Source: Armatimonadota bacterium
Lineage (GTDB): Bacteria; Armatimonadota; UBA5829; DTJY01
Reading direction: 5' to 3'
Length of the DNA: 64,000 bases
Assembly: GCA_025358205.1 (NCBI GenBank)
Contig: JANYKG010000182.1
Location: 3,497 to 67,496, forward strand
Under the pieces are notes generated by a model, which had not been told where the DNA came from, searched no databases, and was given only the letters and a program-made list of their open reading frames with translations. Both the position numbers and the translations under genes were made by a program. Below, one piece after another: positions 8,971 through 18,700 of this stretch (position 1 is its first letter; every line of letters starts with the position of its first letter).

Positions 8971-11214
8971 TTGAATAGCAAAATCGAGCTGCCGATTCTG
9001 GGTATGACGTGTGCGCACTGTGCGGCGCGGCTTGAGAAGGGGCTTGGAGCGCTGCCGGGCGTGGAGTCCGCCGTCGTCAACTTCGCGACTGAGCGCGCGA
9101 CTCTCTCATACGATGATGCCCTGCTGACCCGCGATCAGATCGTGCAGGCCGTCCGTGATACCGGCTATGACGTGGCGGAGATTCCGGCTGAGACCACCCA
9201 GGCCGCTGCGCAGGATACCGCGCGCGAGGAACGTGAGGCTGCGTACGACCGGCTGCGCACGAAGTTCGTCGTCTGTGCGGTGATCTCCGTGCCGGTCGTG
9301 TTTGGGACCATGGCCCATTTGCTGCGGTTTGTCCCACACTGGCTAGGCAGCCCCTATCTGCTGTGGTTCCTCGCGTCCATCGTTCAGTTCTGGGGCGCGC
9401 GGCAGTTCTACACCGGCGCAATTGCCGCTACCAGGCACAAAACCGCCGACATGAACACGCTGATCGCGGTGGGAAGCTCTGCCGCCTACCTCTACAGCGT
9501 GGCCGTCATCCTCTTCCCCAGCTTCTTCGCGCAGGCAAAGGGCATTGAAGCCGCGCTTTACTTTGACACGTCCGCTGTCATAGTCACACTTATACTCTTT
9601 GGTCGTCTGCTGGAGGCGCGGGCACGCGGTCGGGCGTCTGATGCAATTCGTCACCTTCTGGGCCTGCAGCCTCGCACCGCACGAATCGTTCGTGACGGCC
9701 ATGACATTGACATAAACATCGAAGGTGTCATAGTCGGCGATGTCATAGTCGTTCGTCCGGGCGAGAAGATACCGGTGGACGGGGTTATTGTTGACGGTTC
9801 CTCTTCGGTTGATGAGTCAATGATCTCCGGTGAACCGATGCCGGTCAGCAAGCGCGAAGGTGACGAGGTGGTCGGCGCCACGCTCAACAAGATCGGCAGC
9901 TTCCGGTTCCGCGCTACTCGAGTTGGCAAGGACACGACACTGGCGCAGATAATCCGCATGGTGGAGGAGGCCCAGGGATCCAAGGCGCCTGTCCAGCGGC
10001 TGGCGGATGTCATAGCGGGGTATTTCGTCCCGACTGTCATAGTCATAGCGTTGGTCACCTTCGGGGTCTGGATGCTCTTTGGTCCGCAGCCGTCGTTCAA
10101 CTACGCGCTGCTCAGCTTTGTGGCGGTGCTGATAATCGCGTGTCCATGCGCGCTTGGCCTTGCGACCCCGACCGCCATAATGGTCGGCACGGGCAAGGGC
10201 GCGGAGAACGGCGTGCTGATTCGCAGTGCGGGCGCCCTTGAGACTGCTCAGGCGGTGACAACGGTTGTCATAGACAAGACCGGCACGCTAACCGAAGGCA
10301 GCCCGGTAGTGACGGACATTGTGGCGATTGGGCTTACCGAGGACGAACTGCTTGCTCTGGCGGCGTCTGCGGAGCGTGGGTCGGAGCATCCGCTGGGCGA
10401 GGCGATTGTGCGGGCGGCTGAGGACCGGCATCTCTCCACCACAGCCCCTTCGAGCTTTGAGGCGGTCCCCGGCAGCGGCATCGTCGCGCAGGTGGACGGG
10501 CGTTCAGTGGTTGTGGGGAATTGGGAGTTTGTAAAGAATCGGACGGATCAGTCCGATCCGACCGATCGGTCTGATGTCAACTTCGCGAACGAAGGAAAGA
10601 CCACGGTCTTCATCGCCGTTGACGGCAAGCCCGCCGGGATTATCGCGGTCGCGGATACCCTGAAGCCGAACTCGGTTGACGCCGTGCGCGGGCTGCATGA
10701 CCTGGGGCTGACCGTCATCATGCTCACCGGCGACCACAAGCGCACCGCGGAGGCGATTGCCCGGCAGACCGGCGTGGACCGCGTGATGGCGGAGGCGCTG
10801 CCCGACCAGAAGGCCGTCGAGGTGAAGAAACTGCAGTCCGAGGGGCTGAAGGTGGCGATGGTCGGCGATGGGATCAACGACGCCCCTGCCCTCGCACAGG
10901 CGGATGTTGGAATCGCGATCGGCACAGGCACGGATGTGGCGATTGAATCGGCGGACATCACGCTGGTGAGCGGCGACCTGCGCGGCGTGGTGACGGCGAT
11001 CAGGCTCAGCAGGGCGACCATGCGCACGATCAGGCAGAACCTGTTCTGGGCGTTCTTCTACAATGTGATCCTCATTCCGGTGGCGGCGGGAATCCTCTAC
11101 CCCATCTTCGGGGTCTTCCTCAATCCGATGTGGGCGGCGGGCGCGATGGCCCTCAGCTCGGTCTCGGTGGTCAGCAACTCGCTCAGGCTCCGAGGTTTCC
11201 GCGCGGTGCGGTGA
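8971..11214 (+). CDS. copA: Copper-translocating P1B-type ATPase
   Basis: 747-aa ORF with a TTG start. N-terminal HMA domain [12 protein letters not shown], then [10 protein letters not shown] (CPC motif), DKTGTLT phosphorylation site and [10 protein letters not shown] hinge. Confidence 0.95.
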   Translation: MNSKIELPILGMTCAHCAARLEKGLGALPGVESAVVNFATERATLSYDDALLTRDQIVQAVRDTGYDVAEIPAETTQAAAQDTAREEREAAYDRLRTKFVVCAVISVPVVFGTMAHLLRFVPHWLGSPYLLWFLASIVQFWGARQFYTGAIAATRHKTADMNTLIAVGSSAAYLYSVAVILFPSFFAQAKGIEAALYFDTSAVIVTLILFGRLLEARARGRASDAIRHLLGLQPRTARIVRDGHDIDINIEGVIVGDVIVVRPGEKIPVDGVIVDGSSSVDESMISGEPMPVSKREGDEVVGATLNKIGSFRFRATRVGKDTTLAQIIRMVEEAQGSKAPVQRLADVIAGYFVPTVIVIALVTFGVWMLFGPQPSFNYALLSFVAVLIIACPCALGLATPTAIMVGTGKGAENGVLIRSAGALETAQAVTTVVIDKTGTLTEGSPVVTDIVAIGLTEDELLALAASAERGSEHPLGEAIVRAAEDRHLSTTAPSSFEAVPGSGIVAQVDGRSVVVGNWEFVKNRTDQSDPTDRSDVNFANEGKTTVFIAVDGKPAGIIAVADTLKPNSVDAVRGLHDLGLTVIMLTGDHKRTAEAIARQTGVDRVMAEALPDQKAVEVKKLQSEGLKVAMVGDGINDAPALAQADVGIAIGTGTDVAIESADITLVSGDLRGVVTAIRLSRATMRTIRQNLFWAFFYNVILIPVAAGILYPIFGVFLNPMWAAGAMALSSVSVVSNSLRLRGFRAVR

Positions 11215-11258
11215 ACCGCCAAGACGCCAAGATCGCCAACTGGGAGAGAGATAGCCTC

Positions 11259-11283
11259 TAAGGAAGCCAGGGAAGCAGGAATA
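11259..11283 (+). repeat. Family-D motif copy downstream of copA
   Basis: TAAGGAAGCCAGGGAAGCAGGAATA resembles TAAGGAAACCAGGAATTCAGGAACA at 8881-8905 in the same orientation. Confidence 0.45.
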
Positions 11284-11367
11284 GACCGGACTTCCGTCCC
11301 AGATGCAACTTCTCTCGTTTTCGTTTGTCAGCTATAAGGATGCTGGAGCGATTGATCTGGAGGCTGC

Positions 11368-12741
11368 ATGGACCGAAAACACAGGATAGTCAAGTGGGTA
11401 GCATTATCCCTGGCGGTGGTGTTTGGGCTGCCCGGTGTATTCACGTCCCTGGCAGCCGCATTCTTCCAGATCGCGCCATACTTTCTAAGACCCAAGGTTG
11501 ACAGAGAAATAGCAGCCATTAGGGCACGAGGTGAGCCGGTTACGATGGCTGACCTTGCCGGCCCAAAGATTCCCAATTCTCAAAACGGCGCAGTTATCTA
11601 CGAACGCGTCTTCAAAGAGATGGACAAGCCTCAGGTCGCGAAAGACATGGCGGGCTTCAGGTTCTCCCCCTCGCCAAAGGTCCTTGCGGAGCATCCTGAA
11701 TTCTGGGAACAGACTCGCCTCCCCCTCAAACGATGCCGCTACCTGATTCCGTTGATCGAGCAAGCCGCCTCCAAGCAGAAATGCCGGTTCAACATCAATT
11801 GGGAGGATGGACCGCTTGATGTGCGGTTTCCGCATTTGGCTAAGCTGAGGCAACTATCCCGTTTCCTCGCTGTCGATGCTGTAGCAAACGCTCGAAATGG
11901 AAACCCCGCAATGGCCATGCGGTTAATACGGATTGGCTTCATGATGAGCGAGTCACTCAAGAACCAAGCCCACCTCCTGTCACAGATACTGCGAACATCC
12001 CAGGTTGCCAGCATGTCCGTGGCCTTGAGTGAGTCCCTGAGATACGGCAGCATTCGGCAAGACCAAGCAGAGAAACTCTACCACGTTCTGAGGGGCATTC
12101 ACTTGGAACAGGCATACGAGGAGGGGCTGAAGGGCGACCGGGCTCTCGGAATTGCTTTCCTAGCATCAGTAGCGGAGCACCCCAGACGCTCGATACACGA
12201 TACGATGCGAAAGATGGGTTCACGACTTGAGCCCGAATCGCGGTCACCGGAAAAGATCGGCGGCGTGTACCTGAGTTGGGTGTTGAGAGACGAGCTGCTG
12301 TATCTGCGCAGTATGCATAAATACATTGACGCGGCACGGTTGCCATACCGTGAGATCAAGTCCAAGGGACGCGATAAGTCTCTGGATGCCGACCTGCCAG
12401 GGTACGCACTGTACTGCGCTATTCTTCTCCCACTCTCCCCCGGGACGTGGGATAGTTGGGAAAGAGCCCCAACTATGCTTGATGCTGGTCAAGTGCTCCT
12501 CGCGTTGAGCGCCTACAAAGACCGGTTCGGCTCATACCCTGCGAACCTGGGAGAACTGCGGACCAAGCTCGGGTGGAAGATACCGGAGGACCCGTTCAGC
12601 GGGAAGGACTTCATCTACAAGCGCGATGGAAAAGGCTTCCTGCTCTACAGCATCGGCCCCGACCTGAAGGACGACGGCGGGAAGGAGCTGCCGAAGAACG
12701 ACAGGGACAATGGCGACATCGTCTGGCGGATGGAACGGTGA
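11368..12741 (+). CDS. Membrane-anchored hypothetical protein with pseudopilin (GspG C-terminal)-like tail
   Basis: 457-aa ORF with an N-terminal TM segment WVALSLAVVFGLPGVFTSLAAAFF. The C-terminal DPFSGKDFIYKRDGKGFLLYSIGPDLKDDGG resembles the conserved C-terminal motif of type II secretion major pseudopilins. Function is unknown. Confidence 0.55.
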   Translation: MDRKHRIVKWVALSLAVVFGLPGVFTSLAAAFFQIAPYFLRPKVDREIAAIRARGEPVTMADLAGPKIPNSQNGAVIYERVFKEMDKPQVAKDMAGFRFSPSPKVLAEHPEFWEQTRLPLKRCRYLIPLIEQAASKQKCRFNINWEDGPLDVRFPHLAKLRQLSRFLAVDAVANARNGNPAMAMRLIRIGFMMSESLKNQAHLLSQILRTSQVASMSVALSESLRYGSIRQDQAEKLYHVLRGIHLEQAYEEGLKGDRALGIAFLASVAEHPRRSIHDTMRKMGSRLEPESRSPEKIGGVYLSWVLRDELLYLRSMHKYIDAARLPYREIKSKGRDKSLDADLPGYALYCAILLPLSPGTWDSWERAPTMLDAGQVLLALSAYKDRFGSYPANLGELRTKLGWKIPEDPFSGKDFIYKRDGKGFLLYSIGPDLKDDGGKELPKNDRDNGDIVWRMER

Positions 12742-12821
12742 GAGGCGAACCCTTCGACAGGCTCAGGGCAGGCGTTCAACACTCAACACTCAACGCTCAA
12801 CAATGGTAAGGTTCCAGCCAG

Positions 12822-13346
12822 TTACTTCTTCCCCTCAATCATGTCATAGACGTCTTGCCATCGGGCGCGGTGGGCGTCGTCTTCGTAGACCGGCTCGAAG
12901 CCCAGGCGCAGGTATGACTTCAGCGCCGGTATGCGCCCGTCATCCGTGTTGAGCGTGCAGTCCTTGAACCCGTGATCGCGGAAGTAGTGCAGCACCGCCA
13001 GTGTGACAAGGTAGCCGAGCTGCTTGCCCCTGTGATCCGGCAGCGCGCAGACCATGTGCAGATACCCCTTCTCCGTCTCTCCAGGCTTCAGCACCCACGC
13101 ACATGCGGACGCCACCGGCTCATCGCCGCAGGTGATGAAGAAGAGCCGCTCAGGAAGGAACTGCTCCTTGTCGGTGAGTTCCTGATGGACCTTCTCCTCG
13201 GTCCACTCCCCTATCCCCGTGTTCATGATCTCCGCCCACGCGGCCTCGTCACCGGGTAAATACGTACGTAGTAGGTAGCCCTCGGGAAGCGCAAACTCCG
13301 GCAGACTATCGAACCCGTGCATTATCATTTTCAGCTGTCCGGCCAT
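12822..13346 (-). CDS. GNAT-family N-acetyltransferase
   Basis: Track ORF 12822-13364. The ATG at 13346 (MAGQLKM...) has GGGAGA 6 nt upstream. The acetyl-CoA binding block HRGKQLGYLVTLAVLHYF (R/Q-x-x-G-x-G/A context) is typical of GNAT enzymes. Confidence 0.8.
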   Translation of the reverse strand: MAGQLKMIMHGFDSLPEFALPEGYLLRTYLPGDEAAWAEIMNTGIGEWTEEKVHQELTDKEQFLPERLFFITCGDEPVASACAWVLKPGETEKGYLHMVCALPDHRGKQLGYLVTLAVLHYFRDHGFKDCTLNTDDGRIPALKSYLRLGFEPVYEDDAHRARWQDVYDMIEGKK

Positions 13347-13413
13347 TGTATATCTCCCTCTCAAAGTTTGACACTCGGCGGCGGCATCCCTCCGCGGATT
13401 CTTATCTTCTGCA

Positions 13414-13442
13414 TTGACAAACGCGGGTTTCTCTGGTACATT
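13414..13442 (+). promoter_or_regulatory. Candidate sigma-70 promoter (TTGACA-17 nt-TACATT)
   Basis: Consensus -35 TTGACA at 13414-13419, a 17-nt spacer, and TACATT at 13437-13442. The predicted transcript would carry a ~255-nt leader before the FlgM-like ATG at 13705. Confidence 0.5.
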
Positions 13443-13704
13443 GGAGATGTTGGTGAACAGCAGCGGAACCCGGAAAATAACTACAAAGTTTTTTCGAAAT
13501 ACCCTAAAGAAGCGCGGCGAACACGCCGATAATCATAACGAAAACCAATACTAGAGCGCGAAAAAGGCAAACTCTTCGAAAGAAGGGGACGCAAAGCTGA
13601 GGGTCTACCCCCGGACAACCGGGCAGGACAGCCTGGCTACCGTCTCACCTTCGAGGGCTTGTCTTTTCTGTTTTGGGGCCCTCGACAGCAAAGGGGGAGC
13701 ACAA

Positions 13705-14010
13705 ATGCAGATTTCAGCGCAGGAAGTAAACAAACTCACCACGACAGAGAAGCCGGCAGTCTCGAAGCGCGGCAAGTCAAAGGTGGAGTTCAAGCCGATC
13801 GAGATCGAATCGCTGCCGCAGACCAAGGTAGCGGAGCCGGATAAGGCCGAAGTCGCCCGCTTCATGCAGGCGGTGAACGAGGCGTCCGATGTCAGAGATG
13901 ACATAGTCATGAGCTTGAAAGAGCGGATTGACAAGGGCGAGTACAAGGTATCCGGCGAAGAGATTGCGGACATGATGATCCGCCGCATGAAGGCAGACAA
14001 GGTACGCTAG
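13705..14010 (+). CDS. FlgM-like anti-sigma-28 family protein
   Basis: 101-aa ORF with strong SD GGGGGAG 7 nt upstream. The C-terminal VRDDIVMSLKERIDKGEYKVSGEEIADMMIRRM matches the conserved FlgM C-terminal helix pattern (..I..G.Y.V....IA..M). Confidence 0.65.
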   Translation: MQISAQEVNKLTTTEKPAVSKRGKSKVEFKPIEIESLPQTKVAEPDKAEVARFMQAVNEASDVRDDIVMSLKERIDKGEYKVSGEEIADMMIRRMKADKVR

Positions 14011-14049
14011 GCTCGACTGCAGACTGTAATATCATAGCAGACACTATAA

Positions 14050-14077
14050 GGGGTTGTCACGCGCGGCAGCCCCTTTT
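14050..14077 (+). terminator. Rho-independent terminator candidate after the FlgM-like gene
   Basis: GGGGTTG (14050-14056) pairs with CAGCCCC (14067-14073) around a 10-nt loop, followed by TTTT. Confidence 0.6.
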
Positions 14078-14221
14078 GTCATGTGTCCCCCACCCTTCCA
14101 TGTCCACATTGTCCGGTCGACGCGAAATAAACCATGAAACATCTCTACTGCCTGAAGGAATAGCTCGCTCCATACACTAACTATGTCTTAGACCATTGTC
14201 ATAGACATCGGAGCGCACAGC

Positions 14222-15076
14222 ATGGAAGCAAGAAGACGGGATGACATCACGGGCGACGAACCACAGCCGGTGGAGATACTGTCCGTCATTGACATCAACA
14301 AGATTCGCCTCAACCCCAACCAGCCGCGAAAGCATTTTGACGAAGACAGACTGGACGACCTGACAGACTCTATCCGCGAACACGGTGTCATAGAGCCGGT
14401 GATTGTGCGCCCGATGGGGGAAGCTTTCGAACTGGTGGCCGGTGAGCGGCGATTCCGTGCGGCGGTCCAGGCCGGGCTGCACGGCATTCCGGCGGTGGCG
14501 CGGGTGATGAACGACCGTCAGTCGCTGGAGATCGCGCTGATAGAGAACATCCAGCGTGAGAACATCAGCCCGGTGGAGTGCGCCCAGGCGTATCGGCGAC
14601 TGATGGACGAATTCGGCCTCAGCCAGGAGCAGGTTGCCGAACAGGTGGGCAAGAGCCGTTCGACGGTGGCGAACACCCTGCGCCTGCTGAACCTGCCCGC
14701 CCGGATTCTAAGCAGCCTGGAGCGTGAAGAGATCACCGAAGGACACGCGCGGGCGCTCCTCTCCATTGATGACATAGACGAGCAAATCCGCGTGTGGGAG
14801 GCGGTTGTCAAGCAGGAACTGAGCGTGCGTGACACTGAACGCTTGTCAAGGACGCCAAGGATAAGGAGGACGTCCAAGACAGCGGATGTTGCACGTGCAA
14901 CAGGACGTCATGGACAAGCCGACCCGATACTGGCGGACATCGAGGACAAGCTCCGCAGGTTCCTCGGGACCAAGGTCGCGATAACCTCTGACACGATGAG
15001 CCAGGGGAAGATAAGCATTGAGTTTTATGACCAGGAGGATCTGATGAGAATCCTGGATTTGATGTCACAGATGTAA
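14222..15076 (+). CDS. parB: Chromosome-partitioning protein ParB/Spo0J
   Basis: 284-aa ORF. It has the NPNQPRK box, the GERRFRAA (CTP-binding/arginine-patch) motif, an HTH region QEQVAEQVGKSRSTVANTLRLL, and a C-terminal dimerisation segment. No adjacent parA is present. Confidence 0.9.
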   Translation: MEARRRDDITGDEPQPVEILSVIDINKIRLNPNQPRKHFDEDRLDDLTDSIREHGVIEPVIVRPMGEAFELVAGERRFRAAVQAGLHGIPAVARVMNDRQSLEIALIENIQRENISPVECAQAYRRLMDEFGLSQEQVAEQVGKSRSTVANTLRLLNLPARILSSLEREEITEGHARALLSIDDIDEQIRVWEAVVKQELSVRDTERLSRTPRIRRTSKTADVARATGRHGQADPILADIEDKLRRFLGTKVAITSDTMSQGKISIEFYDQEDLMRILDLMSQM

Positions 15077-15101
15077 TCACATTCACAGGAGATGAGCAAC
15101 G

Positions 15102-15629
15102 ATGAGCGAAGTTGTCTATGACGTACCGATCAGCGAAGTGGCGAAACTGCTGTCAAAGAGCGACAGACAGGTGCGCCGATATGTCAAGGAGCGTCGGCTG
15201 AAGGCGGCCCCACTGAGGATTGAGGGGCACGTGAAGCTGATGTTCAGCCGTGACGAGGTAATGGCATTTGGGGAGCAGTTTGTCGCGGACGGCGTGTTCG
15301 GCGAATCAGGGGACGAGATCATCGTGGATGCGCAGGTTATTGGGAAGGACACTTCCACTGACAGCGCTTCAGATGATGACGTTGACGTCTTGGACGTTGG
15401 TGCATCCTCTGTCAAGTATGCCATAGACGTTCTCCGCGAGCAGTTGAAAGACCAGCGCAAAGAGAACAAGGATCTGCACTACCAGTTGGAGCAACGTTCC
15501 GGCCAGGTGGGATTCCTGCAAAGCAGGGTTGAGTCGCTTCAGGATGAGATCAAGGCGCTTATGCCTGCTCCCAAGCCTGAGGCCGTTGATAAGAAACCCT
15601 GGTTCAAGCGGATATTCAGCCGGGATTAG
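15102..15629 (+). CDS. HTH (MerR/excisionase-type) DNA-binding protein with acidic linker, coiled coil and basic amphipathic C-terminus
   Basis: 175-aa ORF starting 26 nt after parB. N-terminal ISEVAKLLSKSDRQVRRYVKERRLKA helix-turn-helix, a D/S-rich linker, heptad-like LREQLKDQRKENKDLHYQLEQ...VESLQDEIKAL, and the tail KKPWFKRIFSRD. Confidence 0.65.
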   Translation: MSEVVYDVPISEVAKLLSKSDRQVRRYVKERRLKAAPLRIEGHVKLMFSRDEVMAFGEQFVADGVFGESGDEIIVDAQVIGKDTSTDSASDDDVDVLDVGASSVKYAIDVLREQLKDQRKENKDLHYQLEQRSGQVGFLQSRVESLQDEIKALMPAPKPEAVDKKPWFKRIFSRD

Positions 15630-15755
15630 CAATGTCATAGTCATGACGTTTGTCATACCCTCACAGCATGTTTCATTGGGGCTATCTGACAATATAGACG
15701 TCTCGTGAGTAACATCGCGTGACCGTTCGCTTTACGTCCTCAATAGGAGCGTGAA

Positions 15756-18700
15756 ATGCCCAATCACCAAGATTGTTTCGTTGCTGTACTCGCTGTTTGC
15801 TTTCTTTCTATGCTTTTGCCGGTTAGCTGCCATGCCCGCGACACAACTGCGGTCGAATACGATGTCGCTATTCCAACCACTGCTGGTTTGACCTCGATGA
15901 ACGGCAGCCCAGGAACCAGCAGCTTCAATGACGGCGTGCTGAAGTGCGATTTCAGTGGAAAACCGGGTTATGTCGGCGTGAATATGGGACCCGCGCCGAT
16001 TCTCGGTCATCCACAGAAATTGACCCTTACCCTTGACTCTGACGCTTCCGGCCATCCGCTGGTTCTCCGCTTTGTGGATTCCGACAACCAGTATTTTCAG
16101 GCCAAGGTAGCCGACCTAGACTCACCCGGTGTGCGTATGGTCTCCTTGCCTGTCAATGACATGTCACAGTGGTTTCACTTTGGCGGAAAGAATGATGGCG
16201 AAGTCCGGCTGCCGATTAAGCTGGCAGAGATAATCGTTGACCATGACGGCCCGGACGCGTCAATTCGGCTGATGAGTCTGAAGGTTCGGACCGAGATACC
16301 ATTGGAGCAGGGCATCTCCTTCAGCATGGGGCCACGGACACAGGAATCGGCGGCTGACACCATAGTGATTGAGACGAAGAGCATACTTCCGGGGGCAGTC
16401 GGCGCGCGTTATGAGTGGACAGAGAAAAGCTTCGACGGGCGCGTTCTGGATTCAGGGCGAGAGCAGTTCGTGCTGGAATCAGGCAAGGTAGTTCAAAGGA
16501 GCCTGAAGGTTGCGAAGGACGGCGTGAGGCTCTGTGAGTTCCGGTTGGACGCGGATTTGGCAGTAGGTGATCTGAATAATCCGCCTCTGCCGCTGAAGAC
16601 CAGGGCGATGAACCAGACAATCGAGCAACCAGAGTTTGTCACCGTGTCTAAGACAATTGCGACAAGTGTTGTCAAGGCGCCGACCGGTGGATCATCAAAA
16701 CTGCTGCCGGACTCGGAGTTCGGCATGGGAATATACCTGGGCCAGCGTTGGCAGTCGGCTGATCAGGAGTTACCGGCCGAAATTGCTCGAGACATCGGCG
16801 TGAAATGGATGCGCGATGAGTTCAACTGGGGTCATCTGGAGCCTGAGAAGGGCAAGTGGAACTGGGATCGGTTCGACCATTCGGTGGAAACAGCGACGAA
16901 AAACGGAATCAGTATCTTCGGGCTGCTATGCTACTGGGCGCCGTGGACGAAACCTCACACACCGGAGGGGATCGCGGACTACTGCAATTACGTGCGCACG
17001 GTGGTCGGGCGGTACAAAGGATGTGTCAAGTATTGGGAGATATGGAACGAGCCGAACATTTTCTTCTGGACGGGCACAGTGGAGCAGTACGCCGAGTTGA
17101 TGAAGGCGGCGTATTCCGCCGTGAAAGAAGCTGATCCTGAGGCGATGGTGATTGGCTGCTGTACGTCTGGCACCGATCTTCGGTTCATCGAGAAGGTTTT
17201 CCAGAACGGTGGCTATGACAACATGGACATCCTCTCAATCCATCCATATCGGTATCCCCCGACCCCGGAGGAAAGCGATTTCATAGGTGAGTTGAAGCGG
17301 GCTGACGCACTGGTGCGGAAGTACGGGCCGCGCAAGGAGATATGGCTGACGGAAATCGGTTGGCCGACAAACGCTGGGGACAATGGCTCTAGTGAAGCCA
17401 AACAGGCGGCGATGATCGCCCGCACGTATATGCAGGCCGCGGCATCCGGCGTGGTGCAGAAGGTCTTCTGGTACAATTTCCGCAATGACGGACTTGACCC
17501 ATCGTACAACGAACACAACTTTGGCATCATCCGGCGCGATCAAAGCCTGAAACCGGCGTGCGAGGCGTTCATGACTATGACACGTCATCTGGAAGGCAAG
17601 AAGTTTGTCAAGGCGTTGAACCCAGGGCAAGGTGTGTACGCGTATCTGTTTGAGGGCGGCGGTAAGCGGACGCTTGCGGCGTGGTGTACGGCGGGGTCGG
17701 CCAGATTGAAGGTCAGCGGTAGGCCCGCGCAGGTCGTTGATTTGATCGGCGGCGCGGTGAGTGTCAAGAATACTGCTGCCGGTTTCAGCTTCCCTATCTC
17801 CGAATACCCGGTCTTCATTTCCGATGTGGACAAGAATGTCATAGTCAACGCGGACATCATTGAGTCTAAACCACTCATAGGCGATGAGTCCGATGTTCGC
17901 ATTGATATTACTCCTGCGGGTCCGAAATCGTTTGCCGTAAGCGTGACTTCTCCGCGTCCGTTGAATACGCCTGGCGACGTGATCGTGAGGGCTGACGGAT
18001 ATGCGGACAGGTTTACCATACCAAAAGGCACGACTGTCCACAGTGAGAAGTATCAACTCCCCCAGAGCCTGTCTATGGACCAATCAAAGGGTTTGACCGT
18101 ATCTGCGAGCGTAGACATTGGCCAGGAAACTGTGACACACCGGTCTATCGTGTACTATGTGGAAAGTCGCCATGCACCTGAGGGAACGAAGTTGGGCGAT
18201 GACCTGGCGAAATGGAAGCTAGGTGCGCCAATCACGATGGGGCGCTCAATACAGGATGGTGCTGACGCCGGCAAGTGGGGCGGGCCGGACGATCTCTCTG
18301 GAAATGTGTGGACATCTTGGGACTCTCACAACTTCTATGTCATTGCCGAAATACAGGACGACGTGATGTGCCAAACTCATGACGGCGCAGACATCTGGCA
18401 AGGTGACAGCCTTCAGTTCGCGCTCGATCCGCTGCATTTGGAGTCAGAAGGTCCTGGTGCGACGTATGAGATCGGATTGGCGCTTACTCCGAAAGGCCCT
18501 CAGGTCTTCTCATGGCTGGCTCCTTCCGGCATCAAGACCGGCCTTATGAAGAATGCGCGGCTGATGGTCAAGCGATCAGGCGTAAAGACCATTTATCAGG
18601 CAGCGATCCCACTCGCCGACCTTGCGCCGCTGAAACCGAAAGCCGTGAAGACAGTTGGGTTTGCCCTCGTCTTGAATGACGACGATGGAACCGGCAGGAA

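Noticed and set aside
8881-11283. copA as a composite transposon or mobile cassette because of flanking similar sequences
   Set aside because: There is no transposase, integrase or terminal inverted repeats of IS type. The similarity is short (~25 nt) and purine-rich.
12777-12804. Tandem heptads CAACACT CAACACT CAACGCT CAACAAT between convergent genes. Similar short tandems occur at 33083-33101 (TACTCA/TACTCC/TACTCG).
   Set aside because: There are only 3-4 units with no spacers, so this is not a CRISPR array or a substantial satellite. It is noted only as possible slippage-prone low-complexity DNA.
13447-13560. Possible tmRNA or tag-like reading frame (..GCC GAT AAT CAT AAC GAA AAC CAA TAC TAG) in the FlgM-like leader
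   Set aside because: There is no tRNA-Ala-like acceptor or T-arm (no GGGG... 5-prime end, no ...CCACCA 3-prime end). The encoded peptide does not end in the usual hydrophobic Ala-Ala degradation tag.
14097-14121. DnaA-box-like TGTCCACA between the FlgM-like gene and parB, considered as a second origin-type site
   Set aside because: It is a single imperfect box without neighbouring boxes or an AT-rich unwinding element, so it is likely chance.
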